NCBI GenBank assembly: GCA_038131655.1
Contig: JAYPPT010000004.1
Coordinates: 56,767-120,766 of the forward strand
From: Alphaproteobacteria bacterium
GTDB lineage: Bacteria > Pseudomonadota > Alphaproteobacteria > SMXQ01
Direction: 5' to 3'
DNA: 64,000 nucleotides
In this document: piece after piece, positions 31,038 through 38,688 of the stretch
Numbering within the stretch: the stretch's first letter is position 1
Layout of the letters: every line of letters starts with the position of its first letter
Made by a program: the position numbers and the translations under genes
The notes under the pieces: generated by a model
Database searches by the model: none
What the model saw: the letters and a program-made list of their open reading frames with translations, nothing else
What the model was told of the DNA's origin: nothing

Positions 31038-32210
31038 ATGTTCAAGTTCGGTCCTTACCTTTTTCGCATGATGGTCTTTCTCGCCATCGTCGTCGCTGCC
31101 TGCGGGGCGCTGAGCGAGTTGCTGGCCCGCGCCTTCATGGCCAACCCGGCGCTGAACGGCCTGATTGTCGGCGTCGCCGTACTCGGCATCCTTTACGCGC
31201 TCCGCCAGGTGCTGATGCTGCGCCATGAAACCGCATGGACCGTCGCCTTCCGGCGCCAGCGCGACCAGGAATCGGCGGGCGCGGCCCCCGGTGAATTGCC
31301 GAACCCGCGCCTTTTGGCCCCGATGGCGACGATGCTGAAGGACCGCGACGGCAATATGCGACTGTCGGCGGTTTCCATGCGCTCGTTGCTGGATTCGATT
31401 TCCTCGCGCCTCGACGAAGCCCGCGCGCTGTCGCGCTACCTGATCGGGCTGCTGATTTTTCTGGGCCTGCTCGGCACGTTCTGGGGCCTGCTGATCACCA
31501 TCAACTCGGTCTCCGACGTGATCGGCAATCTCGATATCGGCAACGGCAACGTCAATGACGTCTTCGGCAACCTGAAAGCCGGGCTGGCGGCGCCGCTGTC
31601 GGGAATGGGCACGGCATTTTCATCGTCCCTGTTCGGGCTGGCCGGTTCGCTGGTGCTGGGATTCCTCGACCTGCAATCGAGCCAGGCGCAGAACCGCTTC
31701 TATAACGACCTCGAGGAATGGCTGTCCGGCCTGACGCGGCTGTCCGGTCCGTCGCCGGTTTCCGGTGGCGACGGCGCCGTGCCCGATTACCTGGAAGCGC
31801 TGCTGGAACAGACGGCGGAAGGTCTCGACGGGCTGCAACGCACCCTCGCGCGCGGCGAGGAAAGCCGCATCGCCGCCAACACCGCGCTCACCCAGTTGCA
31901 CGAACGCCTGTCCACCCTGACCGACCAGATGCGTGCCGAACAGACGCTGCTGGCACGTCTGGCCGAGGGACAACTGGAACTGAAGCCGATCCTTGCCCGC
32001 CTCGCCGATGCGCCGGCGCGAAGCGGTGGCGAAGCGCTGGATGATGCCACCCGCGGGCACATCCGCAATATCGAGGTTTATCTCGCCCGGCTGCTGGAGG
32101 AAATTTCGTCGGGCCGCGCGCAATCGGTCGAGGACATCCGCGCCGAAATCAAGATTCTTGCCCGCACCATCGCCGCCGGCGACAAGTCGGCCGGCAAGGG
32201 CGGCAGCTAG
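31038..32210 (+). CDS. MotA/TolQ/ExbB-family proton-channel protein with ~160-aa C-terminal coiled-coil tail
   Basis: 390 aa. TM helices at the N-terminus, and the family motif LIFLGLLGTFWGLLITI...LSGMGTAFSSSLFGLAGSLVLGFLD. Residues ~235-390 are heptad-rich (LEALLEQTAEGLDGLQRTLARGEE...). Confidence 0.7.
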   Translation: MFKFGPYLFRMMVFLAIVVAACGALSELLARAFMANPALNGLIVGVAVLGILYALRQVLMLRHETAWTVAFRRQRDQESAGAAPGELPNPRLLAPMATMLKDRDGNMRLSAVSMRSLLDSISSRLDEARALSRYLIGLLIFLGLLGTFWGLLITINSVSDVIGNLDIGNGNVNDVFGNLKAGLAAPLSGMGTAFSSSLFGLAGSLVLGFLDLQSSQAQNRFYNDLEEWLSGLTRLSGPSPVSGGDGAVPDYLEALLEQTAEGLDGLQRTLARGEESRIAANTALTQLHERLSTLTDQMRAEQTLLARLAEGQLELKPILARLADAPARSGGEALDDATRGHIRNIEVYLARLLEEISSGRAQSVEDIRAEIKILARTIAAGDKSAGKGGS

Positions 32211-32216
32211 GCCCCC

Positions 32217-33335
32217 ATGGCCGCGTATACGCGACGCCGCTCGTCCTCATCCGCCAACGCCGATATCTGGCCCGGCTTCGTCGACGCACTGGCGACGTTG
32301 CTGATGGTCATCATTTTCCTGCTGACCGTTTTCGTCCTGGCCCAGTTTTTCCTGTCCGATCTGCTGGCGGGGCGCGACCAAGCGCTGAAGCGTCTTGAAA
32401 CCCAGGTCTCGGAACTGGCCGACATGCTGGCGCTGGAACGCCAGGCGGGTGCCGAATTGCGCCAGTCCGTCGCGGCGCTGTCGTCGCAACTGCAAGCCTC
32501 GACCACAGCGCGCGATGCGTTGACCGCGCGAGTATCGGAGCTGAGCGCCAGCCTTAAAAGCGCGCAAGCCGACGCGGCAACCGCGAAGGACGAACTGGCG
32601 GCGACGCGCAGCGAACTGACGACAGCACGGGATGCGTTGGCGGCGCGCGAGAAAAGCCTCACCCAGAGCAAGACAGCACTTGCCGAAGAACAGCGCGTGT
32701 CCAACGCCAGGCGTGCCGAGGTCGAACGGCTGAGCCAGGCGCTGGCCTCGCTTCGCAACCAGATCGCGCGCCTGAACGCGGCACTGGAGGCATCGGAACA
32801 GAAATCCAAGGAACAGCAGGTCCAGATCGTCAACCTCGGCAAGCGGCTTAATGCCGCGCTGGCCAGCAAGATCGAGGAGCTGGCACGCTATCGCTCGGAA
32901 TTCTTCGGCCGCCTGCGCGAGGTTCTGGGCAACCGCCGCGATATCCGCATCGTCGGCGATCGTTTCGTGTTCCAGTCCGAAGTCCTGTTCGGTTCGGGCG
33001 ATGCCCGCCTGCAGGCCGGCGGCACGACCCAGATCAAGCAACTGGCCGCGACGCTTCTGGAATTGTCGCGGAAAATTCCGCCGGGCATCGACTGGGTGTT
33101 GCGCGTTGACGGCCACACCGACGTGCGGCCGATCAAGACCGCCGCGTTTCCATCGAACTGGGAATTGTCCACCGCCCGCGCGCTGTCGGTGGTGCGCGCC
33201 CTGGTGGCGGAAGGCGTGCCGCCCCAGCGACTGGTCGCGGCGGGATTCGGTCCCTACCAGCCCATGGATTCGGGCAACAGCGAGCAGGCGTTCGCCCGCA
33301 ACCGGCGCATCGAGTTCAAGCTGACGGAGCGCTAA
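32217..33335 (+). CDS. MotB-like stator/plug protein: N-terminal TM with conserved Asp, ~160-aa coiled coil, C-terminal OmpA-type peptidoglycan-binding domain
   Basis: 372 aa. ADIWPGFVDALATLLMVIIFLL is a MotB/ExbD-type TM with Asp. There is a long coiled coil (LKRLETQVSELADML...EQQVQIVNLGKRL) and an OmpA domain (FQSEVLFGSGDARL...NWELSTARALSVVRAL...NRRIEFKL). It starts 6 nt after the MotA-like gene. Confidence 0.75.
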   Translation: MAAYTRRRSSSSANADIWPGFVDALATLLMVIIFLLTVFVLAQFFLSDLLAGRDQALKRLETQVSELADMLALERQAGAELRQSVAALSSQLQASTTARDALTARVSELSASLKSAQADAATAKDELAATRSELTTARDALAAREKSLTQSKTALAEEQRVSNARRAEVERLSQALASLRNQIARLNAALEASEQKSKEQQVQIVNLGKRLNAALASKIEELARYRSEFFGRLREVLGNRRDIRIVGDRFVFQSEVLFGSGDARLQAGGTTQIKQLAATLLELSRKIPPGIDWVLRVDGHTDVRPIKTAAFPSNWELSTARALSVVRALVAEGVPPQRLVAAGFGPYQPMDSGNSEQAFARNRRIEFKLTER

Positions 33336-35172
33336 GCTCCGTTCCCGCTTCACCGTCATCATCATTGGCCGCACCGGCGCGGGCCTGGTTGAATTGCAGT
33401 TCCGCCAGCCGAGCATAAAGACCGCCCGCCGCCATCAACTCTTGATGGGTGCCGGTGGCGACCACGCGGCCTTCTTCCATCACCACGATCCGGTCCGCTT
33501 CCAGCACCGTCGCCAGCCGGTGGGCGATGACGATGGAGGTTCGCCCCACCATCAGGCGCGACAGGGCTTCCTGCACAAGGCGCTCGCTTTCGGCATCGAG
33601 CGCGCTGGTCGCCTCGTCCAGCAGCAACAGCGCCGGATCGCGCAGGATGGCCCGCGCAATGGCGATGCGCTGGCGCTGACCGCCGGAAAGCCGTACGCCT
33701 TTTTCACCAAGGTGGGTGTCGAAGCCGTCTGGCATTTCCTCGATGAACTCGAAAGCGGCGGCGGCGCGGGCGGCGGCGCGCACTTCCTCGTCCGTTGCCT
33801 CGGGGCGTCCGTAGCGAATGTTTTCGGCGGCAGAGGCGGAAAAGATTACCGGGTCCTGGGCCACCAACCCGATGCGCGCGCGCACGCCGGATGGATCGGC
33901 ATCGCGCAGATCAACCCCGTCGAAGGTGATGCGCCCCTGGCCGGGGTCATAGAAACGCAGCAGAAGCTGGAACACCGTGGTCTTGCCCGCGCCGGACGGG
34001 CCCACCAGCGCGAGGCGCTCGCCGGGCCGGACGGAAAGATCGAAATCGCTAAGCGCGGCGCGATCGGGACGCGCCGGGTAATGAAAGGTGACACCGGCAA
34101 AGGCAACGGCGCCGCGCGCCGGTTCGGGCAAGGCCATGGGCTCCGCCGGCGCGGTAATCTGCGACCGGGTTTCCAGGATCTCGGTCAGGCGTTCGGTGGC
34201 ACCCGCGGCGCGTTGCAGATCGCCGATGACTTCCGATACCGCCCCGGTCGCCCCGGCAACCACCACCGCGTAGAAAACAAAGGCCGAAAGCTCACCCGCC
34301 GTAATGCGCCCGGACAGCACGTCATGGCCACCGATCCACAGGATCGTGCCGACACCGCCGAACACCAGCATGATGACAACGGCGGTCATGGCGGCCCGCG
34401 CCCGGATGCGCTGCACCGCGGCGGCGAAGGCATCCTCGACCCGCGCAGTGAAATGATCGCTCTCTAGGGTTTCATGGCAGAAGGCCTGGATAGTGCGGGT
34501 CGCGTTGAGACTTTCCTCGACCTGGGCACCGACATCAGCGACGCGGTCCTGGCTGGCGCGCGACAGTTTCCGCACCCGGCGCCCGAACAGGATGATCGGC
34601 ACCACCACGGCGGGCACGAACAGCACCACCATCAGGGTCAGCTTGGGGCTCGTCACCGCCAGCATCACCAGCCCGCCAACAAGCAGCAGGACATTACGCA
34701 TGGCAACGGAAGCCGAGGAGCCGATGACGACCTGCAACAGTGTTGTATCGGTGATGATGCGCGACAGCACTTCACCGACGCGGGTGGTCTCAAAAAACAC
34801 GGCATCGAGGCGCAGCACATGATCGAACACGCGGGCGCGTAAATCCGCGACCACCCGCTCACCAAGCCAGCTGACCAGCGAGTAGCGCGAATAGGTCGCG
34901 AGCGCGAGCAGGACAATAATCCCCAGCAGCACGAACAGCGCCCGGTCCAGCAGGCCCGAATCGCCCGACGAAAACCCCTGGTCCACGAGGGTGCGTAATC
35001 CGACCCCCATGAACAGCACCGTCGCCGCCGCCACCACCAGGGCCAGCGCAGCCCCGGCCACCGCCAGCTTGTAGGGGCGCACGTAGGCCCACAGCCGCCC
35101 CAACCGGGCGAGCGAGCCCCGCGGGCGATCCTGGGCAGCCGGATCCTTGGGCGATGAGGGTTTTCGGGCCAT
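33316..35172 (-). CDS. ABC transporter permease/ATP-binding fusion (ABCB/MsbA-like exporter)
   Basis: Trimmed to MARKPSSPKDPAAQ... It has 6 TM segments, then Walker A GPSGAGKTT, signature LSGGQRQRIAIA and Walker B LLLLDEATSALD. The 3-prime end overlaps the convergent MotB-like gene by 20 nt. Confidence 0.85.
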   Translation of the reverse strand: MARKPSSPKDPAAQDRPRGSLARLGRLWAYVRPYKLAVAGAALALVVAAATVLFMGVGLRTLVDQGFSSGDSGLLDRALFVLLGIIVLLALATYSRYSLVSWLGERVVADLRARVFDHVLRLDAVFFETTRVGEVLSRIITDTTLLQVVIGSSASVAMRNVLLLVGGLVMLAVTSPKLTLMVVLFVPAVVVPIILFGRRVRKLSRASQDRVADVGAQVEESLNATRTIQAFCHETLESDHFTARVEDAFAAAVQRIRARAAMTAVVIMLVFGGVGTILWIGGHDVLSGRITAGELSAFVFYAVVVAGATGAVSEVIGDLQRAAGATERLTEILETRSQITAPAEPMALPEPARGAVAFAGVTFHYPARPDRAALSDFDLSVRPGERLALVGPSGAGKTTVFQLLLRFYDPGQGRITFDGVDLRDADPSGVRARIGLVAQDPVIFSASAAENIRYGRPEATDEEVRAAARAAAAFEFIEEMPDGFDTHLGEKGVRLSGGQRQRIAIARAILRDPALLLLDEATSALDAESERLVQEALSRLMVGRTSIVIAHRLATVLEADRIVVMEEGRVVATGTHQELMAAGGLYARLAELQFNQARAGAANDDDGEAGTELSAPSA

Positions 35173-35378
35173 GAGGGACAATCGGTTGAAATTAGTCGGT
35201 TTCCGCCGGGCCACGCCCTGTCTGGCGCACCCGTCCGGGGGCCGTACTGTAACCGTCCCCAAGGCCGCGGCCCACCCCCCTTTTGCGCCGGGGCACGGCC
35301 CCTTGCATTCCCCCCCGCGAGGGGCTATAGAACCCGCTCTCGCGCCTTGGGCGCCCAACCTATTTGCGGAAACGGGCC

Positions 35379-35600
35379 ATGAAGAAAGATATTCATCCCG
35401 ACTATCACGAGATCAACGTGCTCATGACCGACGGGTCCACCTACAAGACCCGTTCGACCTGGGGCAAGCCCGGTGACACGATGAAGCTCGACATCGATTC
35501 GAAGTCGCACCCGGTCTGGACCGGTGTGCACCGCCTGATCGATTCCGGGGGCCAGCTGGCCAAGTTCAACAAGCGTTTCCAGGGCCTCGGCCTCAAGTAA
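35379..35600 (+). CDS. rpmE: 50S ribosomal protein L31
   Basis: [27 protein letters not shown]...HPVWTG. The track ORF starts 5 codons upstream. Confidence 0.9.
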   Translation: MKKDIHPDYHEINVLMTDGSTYKTRSTWGKPGDTMKLDIDSKSHPVWTGVHRLIDSGGQLAKFNKRFQGLGLK

Positions 35601-35619
35601 ACGCCTGTCTCGATTTGCG

Positions 35620-35650
35620 AAAAGGCCGGTCCCAGGGACCGGCCTTTTTC
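35620..35650. terminator. bidirectional intrinsic terminator between rpmE and rcdA
   Basis: aaaa-GGCCGGTCCC-a-GGGACCGGCC-ttttt, a perfect 10-bp stem flanked by A and T tracts. Confidence 0.75.
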
Positions 35651-35675
35651 ATTTAGGACCCGTACCCGCCCCGGA

Positions 35676-36083
35676 TCAGGCGCCGACATCGCGGCGCGCC
35701 AATTCGTCGAGGCGCGACACGCGGACATAAAGCCGCTGGCTGCGTTCGGTCAGGCTTTCCAGCATCGGCGGCAACGGGGCCCCCACCAGTGACGTGTCGT
35801 CGCTGGCCAGCAGTTCCCGGCGCTCGAAACTGTAGGGTGGCTGGTTGGCCTCGGCAGCGGTGATTTCGCCGGCATGAACCGCCTTGCGCGCCAGCAGCCA
35901 GGCCATGACATGGATCAGGCGCGACGTCATGCGGGTGGTTTCCAACGCCACCCGCGCGCGCACCGGGGTGGTGACATCGCGGCATTCGATCCGCTGGCCG
36001 TGGGCGACGTAGTCGCGCGCTTCCTCCAGCAAGGCAAAGGCCTCGTCGTAGGTGCGACCGAAGAATGCGGTAGGTGCCGACAT
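35676..36083 (-). CDS. rcdA: DUF1465 family protein (protease adaptor RcdA family)
   Basis: MSAPTAFFGRTYDEAFALLEEARDYV...RMTSRLIHVMAWLLARKAV matches the DUF1465/RcdA pattern as I recall it. The longer track ORF starts at 36125. Confidence 0.6.
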   Translation of the reverse strand: MSAPTAFFGRTYDEAFALLEEARDYVAHGQRIECRDVTTPVRARVALETTRMTSRLIHVMAWLLARKAVHAGEITAAEANQPPYSFERRELLASDDTSLVGAPLPPMLESLTERSQRLYVRVSRLDELARRDVGA

Positions 36084-36187
36084 GGCCCAAGCATCGCCCA
36101 AGCGCTTGTCCAAGGCAACTCTCAACTGAAAATTAAGAATGATTTTTCATATGGTTAACGCGCATTTGCGGGGTTGCGCCCAGGCCT

Positions 36188-36215
36188 CTTGAAACCGTGC
36201 GGACAGCGCCTAAAT
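36188..36215 (+). promoter_or_regulatory. RpoH (sigma-32)-type heat-shock promoter for hsp20
   Basis: CTTGAAA (36188-36194), a 14-nt spacer, then CCTAAAT (36209-36215), about 100 nt upstream of the small-HSP start. It matches the CTTGAA...CC(C/T)AT-type consensus. Confidence 0.5.
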
Positions 36216-36236
36216 CAGTTCCAAGCGGTGCCGATT

Positions 36237-36312
36237 GGGCCGTGAAACGGGCGCAACCCGGCCCTTGTGGCGGGGCGCCGGAAGACCAACCATGTTGCTT
36301 CAACTGGAGAAT
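36237..36312 (+). promoter_or_regulatory. ROSE-like RNA thermometer in the hsp20 5-prime UTR
   Basis: Hairpins GGGCCG...CGGCCC (36237-36264), plus a final hairpin in which UUGCUUC (36295-36301) pairs with the SD GGAGAA (36306-36311). The G of UUGC is left bulged, the hallmark U(U/C)GCU anti-SD of ROSE elements. Confidence 0.5.
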
Positions 36313-36318
36313 ATGGAC

Positions 36319-36780
36319 ATGACCAGCTTTGATTTTTCCCCCCTGTTTCGTTCCTCCGTCGGCTTCGACCGGCTGAACCGATTGATGGAGAGCACGCTCA
36401 CGCCCCACGGCGACAGCGGCTACCCGCCCTACAACATCGAGAAGACCGGCGAGAACGATTACCGCATTTCGATCGCCGTGGCCGGTTTCGGCGAGGACGA
36501 GCTCGACGTCACGGTCAAGGAAAACACCCTTCTGGTGACCGGCAAGAGCCGTGAAGCGGAGACCCAGGACAACCGCGTTTTCCTGCACCGCGGCATTGCC
36601 GGCCGGGCCTTCCGCCTGGCCTACGCGCTGGCCGACGCCGTCCGCGTGACCGGGGCGCACCTCGATAACGGGCTCTTGCATATCGAGCTTGAGACCGTGG
36701 TGCCTGAAGAGGCCAAGCCGCGCAGCATCAAGATCGGCCGCGGCCCCACCCCCAAGGTCATTGACGAAAAGGCGGCATAG
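36319..36780 (+). CDS. Hsp20/alpha-crystallin family small heat-shock protein (IbpA-like)
   Basis: MTSFDFSPLFRSSVGFDRLNRLME... parallels E. coli IbpA MRNFDLSPLYRSAIGFDRL. The alpha-crystallin core is YRISIAVAGFGEDELDVTVKENTLLVTGK. The alternative ATG at 36313 is too close to the SD. Confidence 0.85.
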   Translation: MTSFDFSPLFRSSVGFDRLNRLMESTLTPHGDSGYPPYNIEKTGENDYRISIAVAGFGEDELDVTVKENTLLVTGKSREAETQDNRVFLHRGIAGRAFRLAYALADAVRVTGAHLDNGLLHIELETVVPEEAKPRSIKIGRGPTPKVIDEKAA

Positions 36781-36821
36781 GACGCCGCCCGCGGGCAAAA
36801 AGAAAGGCCCGCAAAGAATTA

Positions 36822-36866
36822 GAGCCGCCCCCCGCGTCCTCCCGCTTGGGGCGGCTCCTTCTTTTT
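36822..36866 (+). terminator. intrinsic terminator of hsp20
   Basis: GAGCCGCCCC (36822-36831) pairs with GGGGCGGCTC (36848-36857), followed by cttcttttt. Confidence 0.7.
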
Positions 36867-37089
36867 GAGCCTCGACCTGTCAAACCTGCGGTCGCCGGGG
36901 AATCTAGCCGCGCCGCGCCGGAGAGTCAAAGAAAGATGACAGGCTTATGAACCCCTGTCCCGGAAACGAAAAAAACCGCCCCGGAGGGGGGTTTAGTTTA
37001 ACAGGGAGGCGTCAAAAGGATTGGACAGAGCGTCCAATGGACAAACCTATGACGAGGAATTGTCTGATACACAAAATAGGGCGAGATAG

Positions 37090-37105
37090 TTAATGAACCC
37101 TTAAC
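37090..37105. promoter_or_regulatory. perfect CtrA box TTAA-N7-TTAAC
   Basis: Reads ttaa-tgaaccc-ttaac. It lies in a ~300-bp AT-rich spacer between the convergent hsp20 and DUF1192 genes. Confidence 0.45.
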
Positions 37106-37174
37106 AAAGTACATTTTTTTGTCGATGAATGTTAAGGATTTGACCCAAATTCCGCAATTCGGGCCGATCAGGCC

Positions 37175-37366
37175 CTATTTTTTGAAAAAGGCCTCGGCGC
37201 CGTCGCGCACGGCGCGTTTCTTTGCGATATCCGCCTCGACCCGGGCAATCTCGTCCCGCAGGTTGGCGATGTAATCCGTCAATTCCCCGACCGACAGGCG
37301 ATCCAGCACCAGCGGCTGAAAACCGGTAGTTTTCCTGGGTTCGAGATCGTCATCCTCGGCCGCCAT
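37175..37366 (-). CDS. DUF1192 domain protein
   Basis: MAAEDDDLEPRK...LDRLSVGELTDYIANLRDEIARVEADIAKKRAVRDGAEAFFKK, the typical DUF1192 coiled-coil pattern. The track ORF starts 11 codons upstream. Confidence 0.6.
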   Translation of the reverse strand: MAAEDDDLEPRKTTGFQPLVLDRLSVGELTDYIANLRDEIARVEADIAKKRAVRDGAEAFFKK

Positions 37367-37564
37367 GCCCCGTCTCCCGGCCGGTCCGAAATTTGCCACC
37401 TTTTGGCTTGGTACCGGCGCGCCGAAAACTATATTATGGCGCGAATCTGAATGCCACCGCCCCCTGCGCGGGGCACCCGGCCCGGGCCTCGAAAATGGGG
37501 TCCGGCCGTATCACGTCTTAGGCTTAGCCCGTCCGAGGCGCATCACATCACGAAGGAGGGATGA

Positions 37565-38290
37565 TTGGCACTCCCGCTCATGCCCAAGGCTACCGCCGTT
37601 TGGCTGGTCGAGAACACGGCCCTGACATTTACCCAGATCGCGGAGTTCTGCGGCCTGCACGCCCTGGAAGTTCAGGCCATCGCCGATGAGGAAGTGGCAG
37701 TGGGAATCGTCGGTCTCGACCCCATCACCAACGGCCAGCTCACGGCCGAGGGAATCAAACGCTGCGAAGCCGATGAAGACGCCCGCCTGGTCATGGCCGA
37801 GGCGACGACACCGCGCCCGGCGACCAAGACCAAGGGCCCGCGCTACACACCGCTGGCCAAGCGCCAGGAGCGGCCCGACGCCATCGCGTGGCTGCTGCGC
37901 AATTACCCGGAACTAGCGGACGCCCAGATTTCACGCCTGATCGGCACCACGAAAAGCACGATCAACGCCGTGCGCGAGCGTACCCACTGGAAGGGCGCCA
38001 ACATTAAGCCGGTGGATCCCGTCGATATCGGCATGTGTTCGTATGAAGACCTGCTGGCCGCGGTCCAGACCGCGCGTCTGCGCCTCGAACGGGCGGAAAA
38101 ACGCGCCCAGCGCGAGCAGCGCAAGCGCGAACGCGAAGCCGCCAAGGCCGCCGCCGAAGCCGCCCCTGCGGCCGAACCCCAGGCGGATGTTCCGTCCGAA
38201 GTTCCGACCGACCCTCAGCCCGAAGCGCAACCCCAGGACACCGGCGCCTTTGGTGACGACAATGACGGAAACAATCGCGGCGCCATCTGA
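37565..38290 (+). CDS. DUF1013 family protein (annotated in some databases as cell-cycle transcriptional regulator TrcR); start TTG 37565 or ATG 37580
   Basis: PLMPKATAVWLVENTALTFTQIAEFCGLHALEVQAIADEEVA... is the conserved DUF1013 N-terminus. The C-terminal tail is acidic and low-complexity. GGAGGG lies 5 nt before the TTG. Confidence 0.65.
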   Translation: MALPLMPKATAVWLVENTALTFTQIAEFCGLHALEVQAIADEEVAVGIVGLDPITNGQLTAEGIKRCEADEDARLVMAEATTPRPATKTKGPRYTPLAKRQERPDAIAWLLRNYPELADAQISRLIGTTKSTINAVRERTHWKGANIKPVDPVDIGMCSYEDLLAAVQTARLRLERAEKRAQREQRKREREAAKAAAEAAPAAEPQADVPSEVPTDPQPEAQPQDTGAFGDDNDGNNRGAI

Positions 38291-38311
38291 AGCCCGATCA
38301 CGTAGTAAAGC

Positions 38312-38348
38312 AAAAAAAGAACGCGCCGTTTTGGGCGCGTTCTTTTTT
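38312..38348. terminator. bidirectional intrinsic terminator between the DUF1013 gene and the DUF465 gene
   Basis: An A7 tract, stem GAACGCGCC/GGCGCGTTC, then a T6 tract. Confidence 0.7.
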
Positions 38349-38356
38349 GATTACGG

Positions 38357-38524
38357 TCATGCGGCGTGAAGTTTTAGAAGCTCGTCCTTAATCTGCAACT
38401 TTTTTCGCTTGAGCTTGGCCAGCGCGTCTTCATCGGGGAGTGGGCGGGCCATTTCATTTTCAATGGCAAGTTCAAGGTTCGCGTGTTGTGACTTGAGTTG
38501 CGATACGAGATTCCGTTCAGCCAT
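38357..38524 (-). CDS. DUF465 (YdcH-like) small protein, 55 aa
   Basis: Not in the ORF track (<60 aa). Hand translation gives MAERNLVSQLKSQHANLELAIENEMARPLPDEDALAKLKRKKLQIKDELLKLHAA. AGGAGG lies 5 nt upstream of the ATG. Confidence 0.6.
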   Translation of the reverse strand: MAERNLVSQLKSQHANLELAIENEMARPLPDEDALAKLKRKKLQIKDELLKLHAA

Positions 38525-38688
38525 ATGCACCTCCTTGGCTTGGGTAAGCCGGACCGTGCCGCTGGCCAGCGGGAGGAACTCCCTCGACCACTATCCCCCG
38601 CCGACGGCACGGGACGAATCTTCGCCAAAATTCTACCCCTAAAGGCAGATCGAATCCAAGGCCGCTTTTCGCCCGGAACCGGGCCCGG

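Noticed and set aside
31038-33335. Calling the MotA-like/MotB-like pair a Zorya anti-phage system
   Set aside because: No ZorC/ZorD/ZorE-like effector genes follow. The MotA-like protein (390 aa) is much shorter than ZorA. The surrounding genes are housekeeping (suhB, efp, ABC exporter) with host-like GC. It is kept only as an architectural analogy.
36152-36163. 12-mer TGGTTAACGCGC shared between the rcdA/hsp20 spacer (36152-36163) and the GGDEF/purE spacer (41087-41098)
   Set aside because: A single 12-mer repeat is within chance expectation for this window. Only the embedded TTAACCAT half-site at 36151-36158 is retained as potentially meaningful, and the 41-kb copy reads TTAACCAC.
36997-37113. 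39-codon minus-strand ORF (MYFVKGSLTISPYFVYQTIPRHRFVHWTLCPILLTPPC) in the AT-rich spacer
   Set aside because: There is no Shine-Dalgarno sequence, and the composition is odd, as expected from AT-rich non-coding DNA. Nothing supports it beyond being open.
36867-37175. AT-rich spacer with CtrA box considered as a replication origin
   Set aside because: I could find no cluster of DnaA boxes (TTATCCACA-like). The flanking genes are not the usual hemE/parAB/dnaA neighbourhood, and the region is only about 300 bp.
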